A stretch of DNA of 64,000 bases from Blastocystis sp. Blastoise (taxonomy: Eukaryota; Protista; Bigyra: Opalinata), in NCBI GenBank assembly GCA_039096225.1, contig JBBPEB010000013.1, positions 2,046,001 through 2,110,000 on the forward strand. The letters are read 5' to 3'. The position numbers were made by a program, and so were the translations under genes. The notes beneath the pieces are model-generated. The model was not told the origin of the DNA. It worked only from the letters and a program-made list of their open reading frames with translations, and searched no databases. Shown here piece by piece: positions 12,901 through 28,667 of the stretch. Every line of letters begins with the position of its first letter. The stretch's first letter is position 1.

Positions 12901-15900
12901 TTTAATATAGGTACAAAGCTAGCACTAAATATACTATCATAATACTGATGTTTTCCTCGGTGTATCTCTATAGCTACAGTATTATTTCCTATATTTATAG
13001 ATACAGGACTTAATTGTAAATGAATACTTCCACCTACTGTTTCAGGAAAATAAGGATCAAATATAGAGAATGTATTACGAGTTATAGATATATTTTCTAA
13101 TCCATATCGAAATGCTTCTTTTCCATTTATATATAATATACAACCACCTCTTAATGTTATTGTATAAGAGAGAACAGCTATATTTTGTAATGATGTTAAA
13201 TAATAATTCATTCGATAATATTGAGTTATACCTTGAGGTGGGGACATATTTAATATAGTTCCTGTCTTCCATCCTATTGGCTGATAATCTATCTTCATCC
13301 AATCAGATGGAAGAGGATTATCACTTAAAGTATCATCATAATAAGTCCATTGTATTTCATTAGGTAATACTACATTATAAATAGAAAAGTCATACTCATT
13401 TTTATATTCTGAAGGAGACAATGTGCCTGTGAATACACTCGTACCATCTTTTAATAGTATAGAAACAGAAGAAGAAAGCCAACCATAATCATTTTGTGTA
13501 ATTAAAGTAATCGAATAATCAAATGTTTTTCGGCAATAAGAAACTATATTATCGGCTATTTTAGTATATTGAGTACAATTACCAATAATTTCATTTGTTT
13601 CTTTATCTTGAATATAATAAGAAAATGAATTATAAGTATCATCCCAAGATGGAGAAAACACAGATTTAAATAATATATTTGGAGATATACATGTATATAT
13701 TTGTATTGTTAATGTTATATTCTTATATTCATTTCGAATATCTCTTCCTTTTATAAGAATAGTATTATTATCTGTAGTTTCTAAAGGTATACCTACAATA
13801 ATACCTGTATAGGAATTAAAAGACAATCCTTTAGGTAATGTTCCTTCTATAATAGTGAATGATATATAATAATCATTAGGATAAGAAGTAGATATATCTA
13901 TTCCTATATATCCAATAATAGGATTCAAAGAATATGTTAATTCAGGAATAGAAATAGTATTTTCATTATATATATAAAATTCTAATTGATTCATCTGAGC
14001 AAAATATTGATTATTTTGTTTAGGTTTATATACATATAATAAATAAATAGGATAGGATTGTATATGAGGATATGTATAGAAACATCGTCTACTAATAGAA
14101 GAACTCCATTTCATACCTTCATGAGTATCCAATAATATACAATGTAATTGTTCATAATCACAACCATAGAATGACCATGATTCAATTCCATTGCTAGGAT
14201 AATTAGAATTAATAGTAATACAATACTTATTAATAAATTCAAATCGATATTTAGATTCATAAAATAAAGATATTACTCGTGGTTTTTCAACTTGAGTTTT
14301 ATAAGATAAAGTAAATGAAATATAGTACTTCAAATTAAATAAAACAGAAACATAATTATCTACTTCCGTAGTATTAACAGAACCAAACATATTCCATAGT
14401 CTAGGATATATAGCACTAGATTCTAAATAATGTATACTTAATTCTACATTATTCGTATAAGGTAATTTTGTTGTTCTACTATATAGTGTAGCAAAAGCAA
14501 TAGTATTGATACCCTTATGAAAATAATTCATCGATAAAGAAATAGTTCTATGAGTAATAGTACTAGCATTATTAGAAGGCATAGTATTATCTGTAATAGG
14601 AATAGAAGTATCATTAAGATCTGTTTTATAAGCTATTTGTTCATTTATATATAATAATACACCATTAGGACCTTTTAATATGATTTCTATACCTTGATAT
14701 TTATTAGTATCATCAATAGTAATTGTAGTACGATAATAACGATTATAACTATTATATTTCAATCGAGAAGACGTATTTAAACATGAAAACCATGTATTTG
14801 TTATAGGAGAAGAAGAAGTAAAATAATCATTTGTATACCAAGTAGAATCTATGAATGTATCGTTATCTAATTTACAAAGAACAGAAGAATCACGGTTATT
14901 TAATAAATAATCTAATGCAATTGGAGATTCTTGTGAATATCCATTATGTAAAACACCATAGAAAATAGTATTTGAGTAAATATCATCTCTTAAGGATATT
15001 TTTAAATTGGAGGCAGTAGACCAAGAAATAGATCCTGATGATGATAAACGTAGTATATATATACCTTTTAATAAACATAAGGTTCTATAATATGTAGAAG
15101 AAGAAATAGCATGATCTAAATATACAGCAGTATTATTCATATTAATTAATTCTATATATTCATATTCATAAGAAGCAGCTGCTGAATTCTTTATTAAATC
15201 AACAATTACATATTTATCATTACTACACACTAAAATATCTACATAAAATGTAATAGTAATAGTTTTTTCATATAAATAGCTATACGCTTCTATAATAAAA
15301 TCATCACTAAAAGTAGCTGTAGGATATCCACTAATAGTTCCAGAAATAGAATCTAATGTTAATCCTTTAGGAAGAGAAGAAGGAGATTTTAGTATATAAT
15401 TGGATACACCAGAATGAATAGGAGAAATATTCACTTTCTCTATACTAATAAACCAAGTAAATGAATCAGAACCATAAGAATATTCTTGTAGAATCTCTTT
15501 ATTACTTGCATAGAAATTAATATTAAATACAGATACATAAGTAGATGTTTGATAGGTTTCTGTAAATGTAATATTAATAATATTAAATAGATGTATATTA
15601 GATAAGAAATAAAATGTTTGTAAATCATTGATATTTGTAAACATTAAATTACTATAGAAAGCAATAGGTTCCCAAGTAGTGCCATTATCATTAGATCCAG
15701 AAATAAAGAAGGATTTAGGAAGAGATTGATAATCCGAAACATCACATGCCATGTCTATTGTATTAATCCATTCTTTACGTTGATTTGGGAATGTATATAA
15801 TAAGGAAGCACGTTCATTAATCATTAATCCTGACCATTTCGTTGTATATAAACCATCAAATGCATTATCAGCTATTTCATTTTCTTTATATAGAGGAGTA

Positions 15901-17131
15901 GAAGTAGATGTGCCATTAATACTACGTTGTATTTGATCTCCAGATAGAAATAATAATGTTGCTTCAAATTCATCATTAGTAGCAGGTGTATTCTTTGCTT
16001 GATGAACTTCAATAGCTATAATAATATCTGTAGAATTACCAACATAATATTGATAACTACCTGAATACGATTTTAAGGTATATGCTGGATCTGATTGAAT
16101 TGCATAATCATTAGGAGATAGATCCGTATTTTGAACATAATGATAAGTTAATAATTTTGAATTTATATAGATAATAATACCTTCTTTTGATTTAATGGAT
16201 AATTCTAATAACGTAATGCCAGAAATATCTTTATTGATTTGAATAGTACGTCTATAATAACGAGTAATAGAAGAAGGAGTAGGAAATCGACCACTATAAT
16301 AATAATTCCAATTCGAATCATCATACGAATAATAAATCCATTCTTTATAAGGAATAGGAGTAGATGTATATCTCCAAGGGCTACTAGTATCCAATATGTA
16401 ATATGCTATATAAAGCAGATGTTAGTCTTTATAGTTAAGAAGAAATACTTTTATAATAGAACTATTTATTAAATACAAATATAAATTATACATATATATA
16501 TTTACGATATAAAGAGAATTCACCATAAGAACCTTGACTCAAAGTATATTTACTTAATACGGATAAATGGATAGATAACATTATATAAGAGCCATAATGC
16601 CAACCTTTTCCCCAACTATATAAAAAATATCAATATTATTTTTTTTAATAATGAAATAAATTTTTAAAATAGAATTTAAGAAAAAAAAAATATTTCATAT
16701 CAATAATATATTTTTTTTTTGCAAATAATATACATAAAAAAGAAGAAACATAATAAATATATTTAACAACACTACGCTTTATTCAAATCAAACAAAATAT
16801 ATATTCCTAAACTAAAATAATCACGAAGAAATGGCTACAACTGTGTGAAGAGTAGGTTTTAAGCAGAGTTTGAATGTTTCAAGATAATACTCTTGCCCAT
16901 TATTTCCTTGCATGTCAATAACCAGTGTTCCACTAGATCTAGTACCTTGATAAATTGAAAATCTTTCATATTGTACCCAATTCCCATATTGTCGTGTAAC
17001 AATAGTCTCAATAGTATTTTCTGGGCATGCTGTGAAACCTATATATATATAGTATAAAAATTAAGCTAGTACTTACTCTGATCTAGTGACATCAATAGAA
17101 TCAAAGTTATAAAGCATATATTATGTATCAT
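9921..17131 (-). CDS. Large type I membrane surface protein (about 2,290 aa): signal peptide, discoidin/F5-8-like carbohydrate-binding modules, putative Ig (He_PIG-like) repeats alternating with Cys-rich repeats, C-terminal TM helix
   Basis: Exons 17131-17077 (MIHNICFITLILLMSLDQS), 17038-16825, 16615-16506 and 16405-9921 splice in frame onto the 2157-aa ORF, whose listed start is a TTG. Motifs: NAFDGLYTTKW..ISGSND, LPxGLx(L/F)xxxxGxIxGxP, CxxDxxWPxTxxG..CP.G..G...R.C, and TM LVFIIIGSVIGITVFIIVGYFVY. The last about 25 codons could be intronic. Confidence 0.88.
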
Positions 17132-18282
17132 GAATCTCGTCTAGATCTTGTCAATATCCTTCAAAACAAAGTCAAAGAAGTATTTTTGATTGAATATTCA
17201 TCAACAAATTATATTCAAGGTTTTTTTGTTGGAAAATAGAGAAAAATTTGAAATAATCAAATAATAATTTGTGTCTCTTCTTTTTCCACTTGTTGTTTTT
17301 TATTCAATTTTAACTGACTTTGATTCGTTTAATGCAGTATATAATATTTCGGATAACCATATTTTAATTACTACTTATGTATTGTAAAATATTCTTAATA
17401 AATAACTTATACTATCGTATTATTAAATCTAATTATTTCTTAAAAATATCAGATTTTGCTATATATATATCTATCTTAACAATATATATATATATTTAGT
17501 TAGTTTATATCTATATTTTAGCTTCATTAGCAATATAATCATTTTTTCTTTTATTATTTGTGGTATAATCTTCATTAAAAATGAAAATAGAATTATACTG
17601 ATTATAAACATTTGTTTCTATGGTATTAATTATCAATTTAGTTTATCATTTTAATGTTAATACTGTTTTTTGAGTGTTTTAAAATTTTCAATGCATATTT
17701 TAAGAAGTGAATAAAAATTATGGTTCAAACATAAATTTATTATTAAGTATATATATATATATATTATCTCTGTTGCTTAAATTGTCAAAGACTTCTACTT
17801 TAAAGTAAATGAACTTTTCATTATGTTTTTCTTGTTAAAACATAAGTATACAACTAATGTAAATGTATATGAACTATAGTTTTAGCTTCATCTAGAATAT
17901 TCCATATATATTTAATGTTATAACATTTTTTTTTTTGAAGTTAGTATTATTTGATGTTATTTGCATTTTTTTCTTTTGGTAATTTTTTTTTAAATTATTT
18001 AAAAAAGATCATTAGATTTTGAAGATTATAATTGTATTGATAACTAATATCTGAGAATCGTTTTATAAAAATTTAATGAATAAAAAAAGTCATTTAATTT
18101 TGCTATATAAAAACAAAATAGTTCATAACAGTTATTTTTGTATTATTATAAATACTTATTCTTTTAGAAAAATGAAATACATCAATATAATATACTAGAC
18201 TATTTGATTTTTTTCAAATAATTACGAATTTATAAATTATTTTTCATTATTTTCTCTTTAAACTCTTTTATTCTTCTTCTAT

Positions 18283-19200
18283 AGTCAAGTGATGTATATA
18301 CAGATTATGCAGTATGCTTTTATTGTTACTATATATAAGCAACTACTATTTTAACTCCTAGGATTTTTCTACAAATAAGCCATTAATTGCTAAATATCGA
18401 AATGAAAATGAATTTGGAGCTAAATACGTATATTTATTTTAATATAGAAACAATTTATTATTAATAACAGCATCTTCATAATAAATAACTTATTATTATT
18501 CCTTATGATGAATAATAGCCTTCTTCATTATTAGATAACTTAAATAAGTATATATATATAAATTATATAAATGATATATAAATTTAGACAATTCAATGAA
18601 TATACAGTTAAAACATTTAACATTGAAGCATATATATAGTATTTGCAAATATAGATATATAGATTCTACAAATAGTATAGGTATTTATAAGTATATACAT
18701 TTTATCTATAATAAATAATATAATCTATATAGTATAAAGATATAAACAATGAATATATTTTATTTTTGGATAAAAAGGTTAGACTTACGAAATATTCAAG
18801 AATTGATGATTTATTATGGGTATATATTCATGGAAATATCATTCAGGACGCTGTAATCATTTAAAATTTGACTCAGGACGCTCTAACCCCTACCAAACCC
18901 TCGACTCCAAGCCTAATTTAGTGTGCTGAGTCGATTTTTTATGATTACAGCGTCCTAAGTTAATTAACTCTTAGATTCTTATAATAAAATAGAATTAGAA
19001 TTAGAACATGATTTATATTCCATTTACGATGGAAGGATTATCATTCACGTGATAGAATTACTCATAGTGATTTTTGGGGACTTTATTGTATAGTTTCAAT
19101 GAATATCAAACAGCATCCAAACAATATATAGAATCAATATGTCCTTTCAAGAAAAATAATATCCTATACATCTTGTTAGCAAACTCTCTAATTGGAGAGA
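18283..19200 (+). pseudogene. Decayed exon-like relics, possibly a glycosyltransferase, interrupted by the 18831-18970 element
   Basis: Short frames such as KPLIAKYRNENEFGAK and NEYILFLDKKVRLTKYSRIDDLLWVYI bounded by GT/AG, with stops. Family call is weak. Confidence 0.3.
18831..18970. mobile_element. 140-bp foldback/MITE-like dispersed repeat, copy 1
   Basis: aggacgctgtaatcat ... atgattacagcgtcct inverted repeat with an inner gactcag/ctgagtc pair. Second copy at 38626. Confidence 0.8.
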
Positions 19201-19507
19201 ATTATTACAAGTATACATATTTGAACTTTTTTCTATTATTATTCTATTAGTTGTCTCGATTTTCATCATATAAAAAGGAATTATTTGTTAGCATTATCAT
19301 TATCATTATTATTATTATATAGAATTACTATTCAGATATATTTCTTCTAATATGTCGAATTGTGATTAAATGTCTTGTCTTATGAATATATATACATAAA
19401 TACAAGTAATTAATTACATAAATATTTACATACATACTTATATTCAATAAACAACTATCTTCTTTAATATAGTGCCCACCTGACTATATTAATCATTCAA
19501 ATTGTAT

Positions 19508-22500
19508 AAAGAATTAGGATTTATAAAAATATATAAAATTTATTAATAAAAGAATCTATATGAAACTGACACGTTCTAACTAGTTGTAATATAAGATAAA
19601 TTAGTTCATAAAAATAAAAAGAAAGAATATAATTTAAAATGATATAATTATTCTTTTGGTTTTCATTCATATTATTGTTTATTAAACAAAAAGAAATATT
19701 TAAGTTGAAACATTTGTATATATGTATAAGCAAATATAAAAGCTTTTAGTAATTTATAAAATATTATAATGATTTTAAAGCATTTTGTGGAAATTTTTAT
19801 AAAAGAGAGACTTTATTCTTTATAAATGCTTGCGTAAAAAATTATTTATAAAAAATTCAATAATATACATATTTTCAATAGCATAATACATTATCTAAAC
19901 GATGAAATAAAATTGATTTTCGAATAACAAGAAAATGTTGTAAGTTATTTTTATAAAAAGAAATCATTAACATAAGTATTTAATGGCTTTTTCTTTAAGA
20001 TAAACTTAGTAGTATTTTGAATAAGGAAAAAGTCAAAAATAATATGCTATATCCAGTCCTCTACTATTGGAAAAACATTTAGTATTAATTATTCACCAAT
20101 TAGAATAGTTTTTAGTATTTGATATAAACGGAGGTATTGAATATATATTATTTAATTAGTATTCATAATATTTTAAAATACTTTTTGTAAATACAACTAT
20201 TTATGCTATAAGACATTAGCTATAAGATATATATATGAGTCAAAATATTACAAAAAATAGAAACAAATCTATTGCATGTTTTCAGCTTTCTAAATTTTTT
20301 GTTTTTGAAAAATGTATTGGAAATCATTACTTATATAATTTTTATATTTGAAATCAATTGTTCAATGTTTGAAATCATTCATTAATAATATATATATAGA
20401 ATAAAGGTTTTCTTTTTCTATAAAAGAATTTTTTAATCTTACAAACTCAAATATAAAAATAAACAAAAATAAATTAGAAATAATATAATCTGGCAGTATA
20501 CTGACATTTATTTTGAAAATAACAAAAATAAGTAAAATTTAACATTATATAGTTGAATAATACATAAAAATAGATATATAAACTATAAATAAATAGAAGA
20601 AATAATGTAAACTTTATTATTAATTGTTTTATTTCAAAATATAAAGTCTTAAGAAAGACATATACACTTAATAGAGTTTTCTTTCATTTTTGTGACAGTT
20701 ATCTCAATATTATGAAGATATACTTTAAACAAAAATGAAAAATGTCTAAAATATATTTAAAAATCTATTGTTTTCAGTCCCTTCCAAAAGGCCCTTTTTT
20801 GTGGCACTGTAATTGTAAACAAATTGTGACATTTTTGCTATATATATATTTTTTTGATATTGATAAATTTATTATTATATTCAGCGAAATTAAATCTTAT
20901 TTAAAGTAAATTTTTTGTTATAATAAGCGTAAGTATCACAAAATGTTGTGAAGCACCAATTATTTGATCAAAACTTGATTGTATATAACTCTTTATTTTA
21001 AATAAATATACTAAATAACATATATATATATATATATATTATTGATTTTAGAAATGTATAGATTTTACTTTTACAAAATATATTAATAATATTTTTTAAT
21101 AATATATAAAAAATTTAAAAGTAATAATATATATAATTATCATTCCATAATATTCAATATCTTTCAATAAGTCTTTCTTTTATTATTATAGCATTATAAA
21201 GTGTCGTTGTGTTGTCAAAAATCTTGTTAAATAATAAGAAATTGTTCAATGAAAAATTTTATTCACTATAAAATTTTATACTTTATTTTTTTGTTATGGA
21301 AAACAAACAAAATAAACATGAATTTTATTTTCTTTACAATAGGTTTCAAGACTATATAAGTAACGAATTAGTAGTTTAGTTAGTGATAATAAATTAGCAG
21401 CCTATTATGGTATGAACAAGAAGCACTATTAATTGGAAAATGAAAAGTATAAGTATCCATTTTGCTAAAATTATGTATATATAATGATAATAATACCTTA
21501 AAACCATATATTTTCTGAATATTAGTAAGAATATGAAACAAATCAATAATAATATTTTTTCTTTGAGTGACTGGAAATGTAGACATATTAAGATACTAAC
21601 AACTTATCATATATAATTTATTGATTAAATAATTTTATATTATATTATTGTATATATATTTTGTTACAACGTGTTGCATTATTCTAATCAACACAATTCA
21701 TTTATTCTATGTTAACAATATAATAAGTCTTCAAATTCATATTTGAAAATAACTCTAATATAAAATTATTATCAAATTATTAATAAATAATTATTTATAA
21801 TTGTTACATAAAGAAAACAAAATATACATTTTTTATTGTTATTATTTCATAACCAGAATGATTCTTGATAACATTTTAAGTGTCATAAAAATTTATAATA
21901 CTTTTAAATTTCTATTTAACAACAAAAAAAAAAATAAATAAAAAAAAATTATTATTTTTATATTCAACTATTTTAAGTCTGACTTAAATTAACTTTTATG
22001 ACAATCATTACAAGTGTCACAAAATATTAATAAGGATTTGTTTATATTTTAATAGTTTAAATAATTATTAATTAAAAATAATAATAATAATAATAATAAT
22101 AATTATTATTATATATATATTTAATAATATTGTTATTTACTATTTTATTTTTATTTAAAAAAAATAATTTGTTTTAAATTTTTATATTTCATAACTAAAC
22201 TATTATTTAACATAATTATTATTATTAAAAAATAAAACAATATATATAAATAAAAAAAAGATTATTTAATAGAATTATATCTAGTATTATATAGATGTTA
22301 TTGATTTATAATTATACTAAACTGTTATAATTATAGGTTCTTCAATACTTTCAGCTGTATCTGATGAAGTTATAATATTACTATCGAGATGTATATTGTT
22401 TGTAATAGGACTTTCAATAGAATTATTAGAAGAAACAGGTTTATTAGTAGTAGTAGTATGTGTTTGAGATATAGAAGATGTAGGTTTATTATTAATATCA

Positions 22501-25500
22501 ACTGTTGTTGTAGTTATATTAATAGGTTTTTGAATAGAATTATTAGAAGAGATAGATTCATTAGTAGTAGTAGTAGATATTTTCATAGTTGTAATAGGTT
22601 TTTGAATAGAATTATTAGAAATAATAGATTCATTATTAGTGTTAATATCTGTAGTGGTGGTGGTGGTATTAACAGTATTTTGAATAGAATTATTAGAAAT
22701 AATAGATTCATTATTAGTGTTAATATCTGTAGTGGTGGTGGTGGTATTAACAGTATTTTGAATAGAATTATTAGAAATAATAGATTCATTATTAGTGTTA
22801 ATATCTGTAGTGGTGGTGGTGGTATTAACAGTATTTTGAATAGAATTATTAGAAATAATAGGTTCTTCAATACTTTCAGTTATATTTAATGAGTCTGTAA
22901 TAATACTATTATTAACATGTATATTACTTGTAATAGGATTTTGAATAGGAGAATCTCTGATGAATGGTCTATCTGAGTTAATATTACTTCTTAAAGGATA
23001 ATTTCTAATAAATGGCCTATCTGAGTTAATAGAAATTTCACTAGAAGAATCAGAAAATAAAGTATTATTATCATCATCATCATCATCATCATAATCATCA
23101 TCAGATATTTCATTAAAAGAATTAGAAGAAACAATATTATCTTTTACGATATATTTCTCACTAAAAATTTCTGGATGTGTTTTACTTGTTAAGTAATTAT
23201 TGTTAAACACATTTTCTTCAGTACAATAGTATTCTCTATCGTTTTTTGATGCTTCTCTTTTTAACTGTTCATCAGTAGGATCCTCTTTAAAAAAGAAAGC
23301 ATGAATTTTTGCTTTTTCTTCTATTGTAGCTTCTCTACCTTTTGTTTCATCAAAAATTCTTCGTATATCATCAGGAATCTTTTCTGAATTCCTAATTATA
23401 GAAATATTAGAAGAAGGAGCATTCATAGAAGAATTCATAGGTGTAGAAGAATCAGAAGAATTCATAGATGAAGAAGGACGAGAATCAGCATGATAATTAT
23501 ATAAATATGGATTATCATATGGAGGATAATTATTCAAATATGGATTATCATATAGAGGATAACTATAAAAATATGGATTATCATATGGAGGATAACTATA
23601 AAAATATGGATTATCATATGGAGGATACTGATATAAATGAGGAGTATCATCCATAGGAGTAATATTAGTTAAAGGATTAGCATTATCTATAGGAATAGAA
23701 GTGGAAACATCATTCGTATTATAAGTATTATTATTATTATCAGCCATAGGAGTAGAAGGGGAAACATCATTCGTATTATAAGTAGTATTATTATTATTAT
23801 CAGCCATAGGAATAGAAGGGGAAACATCATTTGAATCATAATTAATATTATTATTATCAGCCATAGGAGTAGCAGAAGAAATATTATTCGTATTATAAGT
23901 ATTATTATTATTATTAGCCATAGGAATAGAAGGGGAAATATTATTCGAATTATAATTATCAGCCATAGGAATAGCAGAAGAAACATCATTCGAATTATAA
24001 TTAGTATTATTATTATCAGCTATAGGAATAGAAGTGGAAACATCATTCGAATTATTATTATCAGCCATAGGAATAGAATGGGAAACATCATTTGAATCAT
24101 AATTAATATTATTATTATTATCAGCCATAGGAATAGAAGGGGAAACATCATTCGTATTATAAGTAGTATTATTATTATCAGCCATAGGAGTAGCAGAAGA
24201 AACATCATTTGAATCATAATTAATATTATTATTATCAGCCATAGGAGTAGCAGAAGAAATATTATTCGTATTATAATTAATATTATTATTATTATCAGCC
24301 ATAGGAGTAACAGAAGAAATATTATTCGAATTATAATTATCAGCCATAGGAATAGAATGGGAAACATCATTCGTATTATAAGTATTATTATTATTATCAG
24401 CCATAGGAGTAGCAGAAGAAATATTATTCGTATTATTCGTATTATTATTATTATCAGCCATAGGAGTAGAAGGGGAAATATTATTCGAATTATAATTATC
24501 AGCCATAGGAGTAGCAGAAGAAACATCATTCGAATTATAATTAGTATTATTATTATCAATCATAGGAGTAGCAGAAGAAACATCATTTGAATTATAAGTA
24601 TTATTATTATTATCAGCCATAGGAATAGAAGGGGAAACATCATTCGAATTATTATTATCAGCTATAGGAATAGCAGAAGAAATATTATTCGAATTATAAT
24701 TAGTATTATTATTATCAGCCATAGGAATAGCAGAAGAAATATTATTCGAATTAATATTATTATTATTAGTTATAGGATTAGGAGGGGAGACATCATTTGA
24801 ATTATAATTAGTAGTATTATAATTAAAAGTTCTTATGAATGGATAAGGCGATGATGAATATATATAATCACTGGGACCATAATGATACTGATTTGCATTT
24901 CTATAATATATATAATCACTGGGACCATAATGATACTGATTTGCATTTCTATAATATATATAATCACTGGGACCATAACGATATTGATTTGCATTTCTAT
25001 AATATATATAATCACTGGGACCATAACGATATTGATTTGCATTTCTATAATTTATATAATTAGGATCATAATAATAATTAGTATTATCAACAGTAGAATT
25101 ATTATTATCAGGAATAAAACTAGTACTATTATTAGTAATATTAGAGTTATTATTATTATTATTATCAGGAATTGTTTGTGTGCTATGAATATATACATAT
25201 ATATATATATAATAATAATAATAATTATTATTAATAGATATATTAACTATATACTTTTGTTTCTGAGTATTATCAGATGATATAATTTCTTCAGTTTGGT
25301 GGAAATGAGAAATATTTTCTTCATTAATTTGTTTGGAAATTATGAACTTATTTGAATCAATATCTATATATTAAAAGTAATAATAATATTATTATTATAT
25401 ATATTGAATACTTCTATCGTTATTAAACTTGTTCGTATCATTTGAATTATTTATATAATTATCTATATATATATATAAATAATATATATTATATATACCT

Positions 25501-25673
25501 TTATTATTAGATAAGTCTTTTTCTTCTATTTTGTCTTCTTTATTATCATTATTATTTATAATATCTAGAAATTTATATATATATATATATATATAATATA
25601 CCTTTATTATTAGATAAGTCTTCTTCTTCTATTTTGTCTTCTTTACTATCATTATTATTTATAATATCTAGAA

Positions 25674-25711
<38 letters not shown>

Positions 25712-25770
25712 CCTTTATTATTAGATAAGTCTTCTTCTTCTTTTTTATTATTATTATTAATATTATCTAA

Positions 25771-25822
<52 letters not shown>

Positions 25823-25993
25823 CCTTTTTTATTAGATAAGTCTTCTTCTTCTATTTTGTCTTCTTTATTATTATTAGTATTAGTATTATCTAAATTATTT
25901 ATATTATATATTAAAAATATTTATATATTATATACCTTTATTATTAGATAAGTCTTTTTCTTCTTTTTTATTATTATTATTAATATTATCTAA

Positions 25994-26053
<60 letters not shown>

Positions 26054-26555
26054 ATAATCATTATCGTTAGATAAGTCTATTTCATTTAATTTTTCTTCTT
26101 TATTATTTTCTGTATTTGATTCAATTTTTATATTAGAATTATTATTAATATCTATATAAATTCAATTATATAAATAATATATATATTATATACCTTTATT
26201 ATTAGATTGTTTAATTGTAACTAAATCATTTTTATTTGTTGATTTGTGCATTATAGTTGAATGCTTCATATGATCTAATAATATAATAATATAATATATA
26301 ATTTTATAAACAATTAAAATAAATAGAATACTTGATTTTATTATATTTTTATTTTGTTTCATTTTATTTAAGCAAGCTATATAGATGAATGATAAGATTA
26401 TAAATCTTTTTTATAAAATTTTATATAATATATAATAATATATATATATATATATACCTTTATAATCATCATTATTAGTTAAAACATCTATTTTTTCTTC
26501 TTCCTTTTCTTCTTTATTATTATTATTATTATTATCTAGAATTATTTAATTATAA

Positions 26556-26652
<97 letters not shown>

Positions 26653-26828
26653 ATAATCATCATTATCATCGCCAGATAATCTACGTTTTATTACTCTTTT
26701 ACCTTTATTATTATTATCATCTAAATAATTTTTATTATTATTATTATTATTATATATAAATAATAAATATATATATTATATAAGATTATATACCAGCATT
26801 GTCATTAAGCAATATACGCTTTGAACCA

Positions 26829-26865
<37 letters not shown>

Positions 26866-26868
26866 GTA

Positions 26869-26905
<37 letters not shown>

Positions 26906-27005
26906 GTACATATGTACATATATATACATTTTTTATCTTCAATATCACCAGATAATTTACGTTTTATTTTGTTTATATTATTATTATTATTAACATCTAG
27001 AATTA

Positions 27006-27051
<46 letters not shown>

Positions 27052-27489
27052 TACTAGATTATTATTATTATATATATATATACCCTCGTAATAATCATTA
27101 TTAGTTAAACTATCTTTTATTTCTTGCTCTTCTTCTTTATTATTATTATTAACATCTAAAATTATTTAATTATATATATATACATATATATATACCTTTA
27201 TAATCATCATTATTAGTTAAAACATCTTTTATTTCTTCTTCTTCTTTATTATTATTATTATTATTATCTAAAATTATTTAATTATAATAAATAAATAAAT
27301 ATATATATATATATATACCTTTATAATCATCATTATCATCGCCAGATAATCTACGTTTTATTACTCTTTTATCTTTATTATTATTATCATCTAAATAATT
27401 TTTATTATTATTATATATAAATAATAAATATATATATTATATAAGATTATATACCAGCATTATCATTAAGCAACATACGCTTTGAACCA

Positions 27490-27556
<67 letters not shown>

Positions 27557-28110
27557 GTACATATATATACATATGTACATATATATACATTTTTTATCTT
27601 CAATATCACCAGATAATTTACGTTTTATTTTGTTTATATTATTATTATTGTTATCTAAAATAGTTTAACTATGAATAAATATATATATATATATACCTTC
27701 ATAATCATCATTATTAGTTAAAATATCTTTTATTTCTTCTTCCTTTTCTTCTTTTTCTTCTTTATCATTATTATTATTATTATTATTATCTAAAATTATT
27801 TAATTATAAATAAATAAATATATATAAATATATATATATATACCTTTATAATCATCATTATTAGTTAAAATATCTTTTATTTCTTCTTCCTTTTCTTCTT
27901 TTTCTTCTTTATTATTATTATTATTATTATTATCTAAAATTATTTAATTATAAATAAATAAATATATATAAATATATATATATATACCTTTATAATCATC
28001 ATTATTAGTTAAAATATCTTTTATTTCTTCTTCCTTTTCTTCTTTTTCTTCTTTATTATTATTATCTAAAATTATTTAGTTATAAATAAATAAATAAATA
28101 AATAAATAAA

Positions 28111-28183
<73 letters not shown>

Positions 28184-28278
28184 ACCTTTATAATCATCAT
28201 TATTAGTTAAAACTTCTTTCATTTCTTCTTCTTCCTTTTCTTCTTTATTATTATTATTATTATTATTATCTAAAATTA

Positions 28279-28326
<48 letters not shown>

Positions 28327-28667
28327 ACATTATATACCTGCATTAGCATTAAGCACCGTACGTTTTGAATCATCTATATAATATACATATCCATGCTAGA
28401 TTATTATTTATTTTTATAATATAAATGTATATATATATATATATATAAATGTATACATATATATTATATATATACATTTCATGTCTTCAATATCACCAGA
28501 TAATCTAGGTTTTATTTCTTTTTCATTTTTATTATCATCATCTAAAGATATATATAAATAATGTAACATATATATATATATATATAATATAAATTACTTT
28601 TTGCTTTATTTAGCTTTGATAGTTCAGCATCAATTTCAGCATTTAAAGCATCAATCCTTTCTAAATA
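19508..28667 (-). repeat. Right arm of giant inverted repeat (true outer boundary unknown because the partner leaves the window)
   Basis: Reverse complement of 1-9171. Visible differences are a few substitutions, one homopolymer indel and (TA)n length changes. Confidence 0.97.

Noticed and set aside
1-28667. Polinton/Maverick or viral element with long TIRs
   Set aside because: No protein-primed polymerase, integrase, ATPase or capsid. The family B polymerase in the window is intron-rich cellular polymerase alpha outside the repeat.
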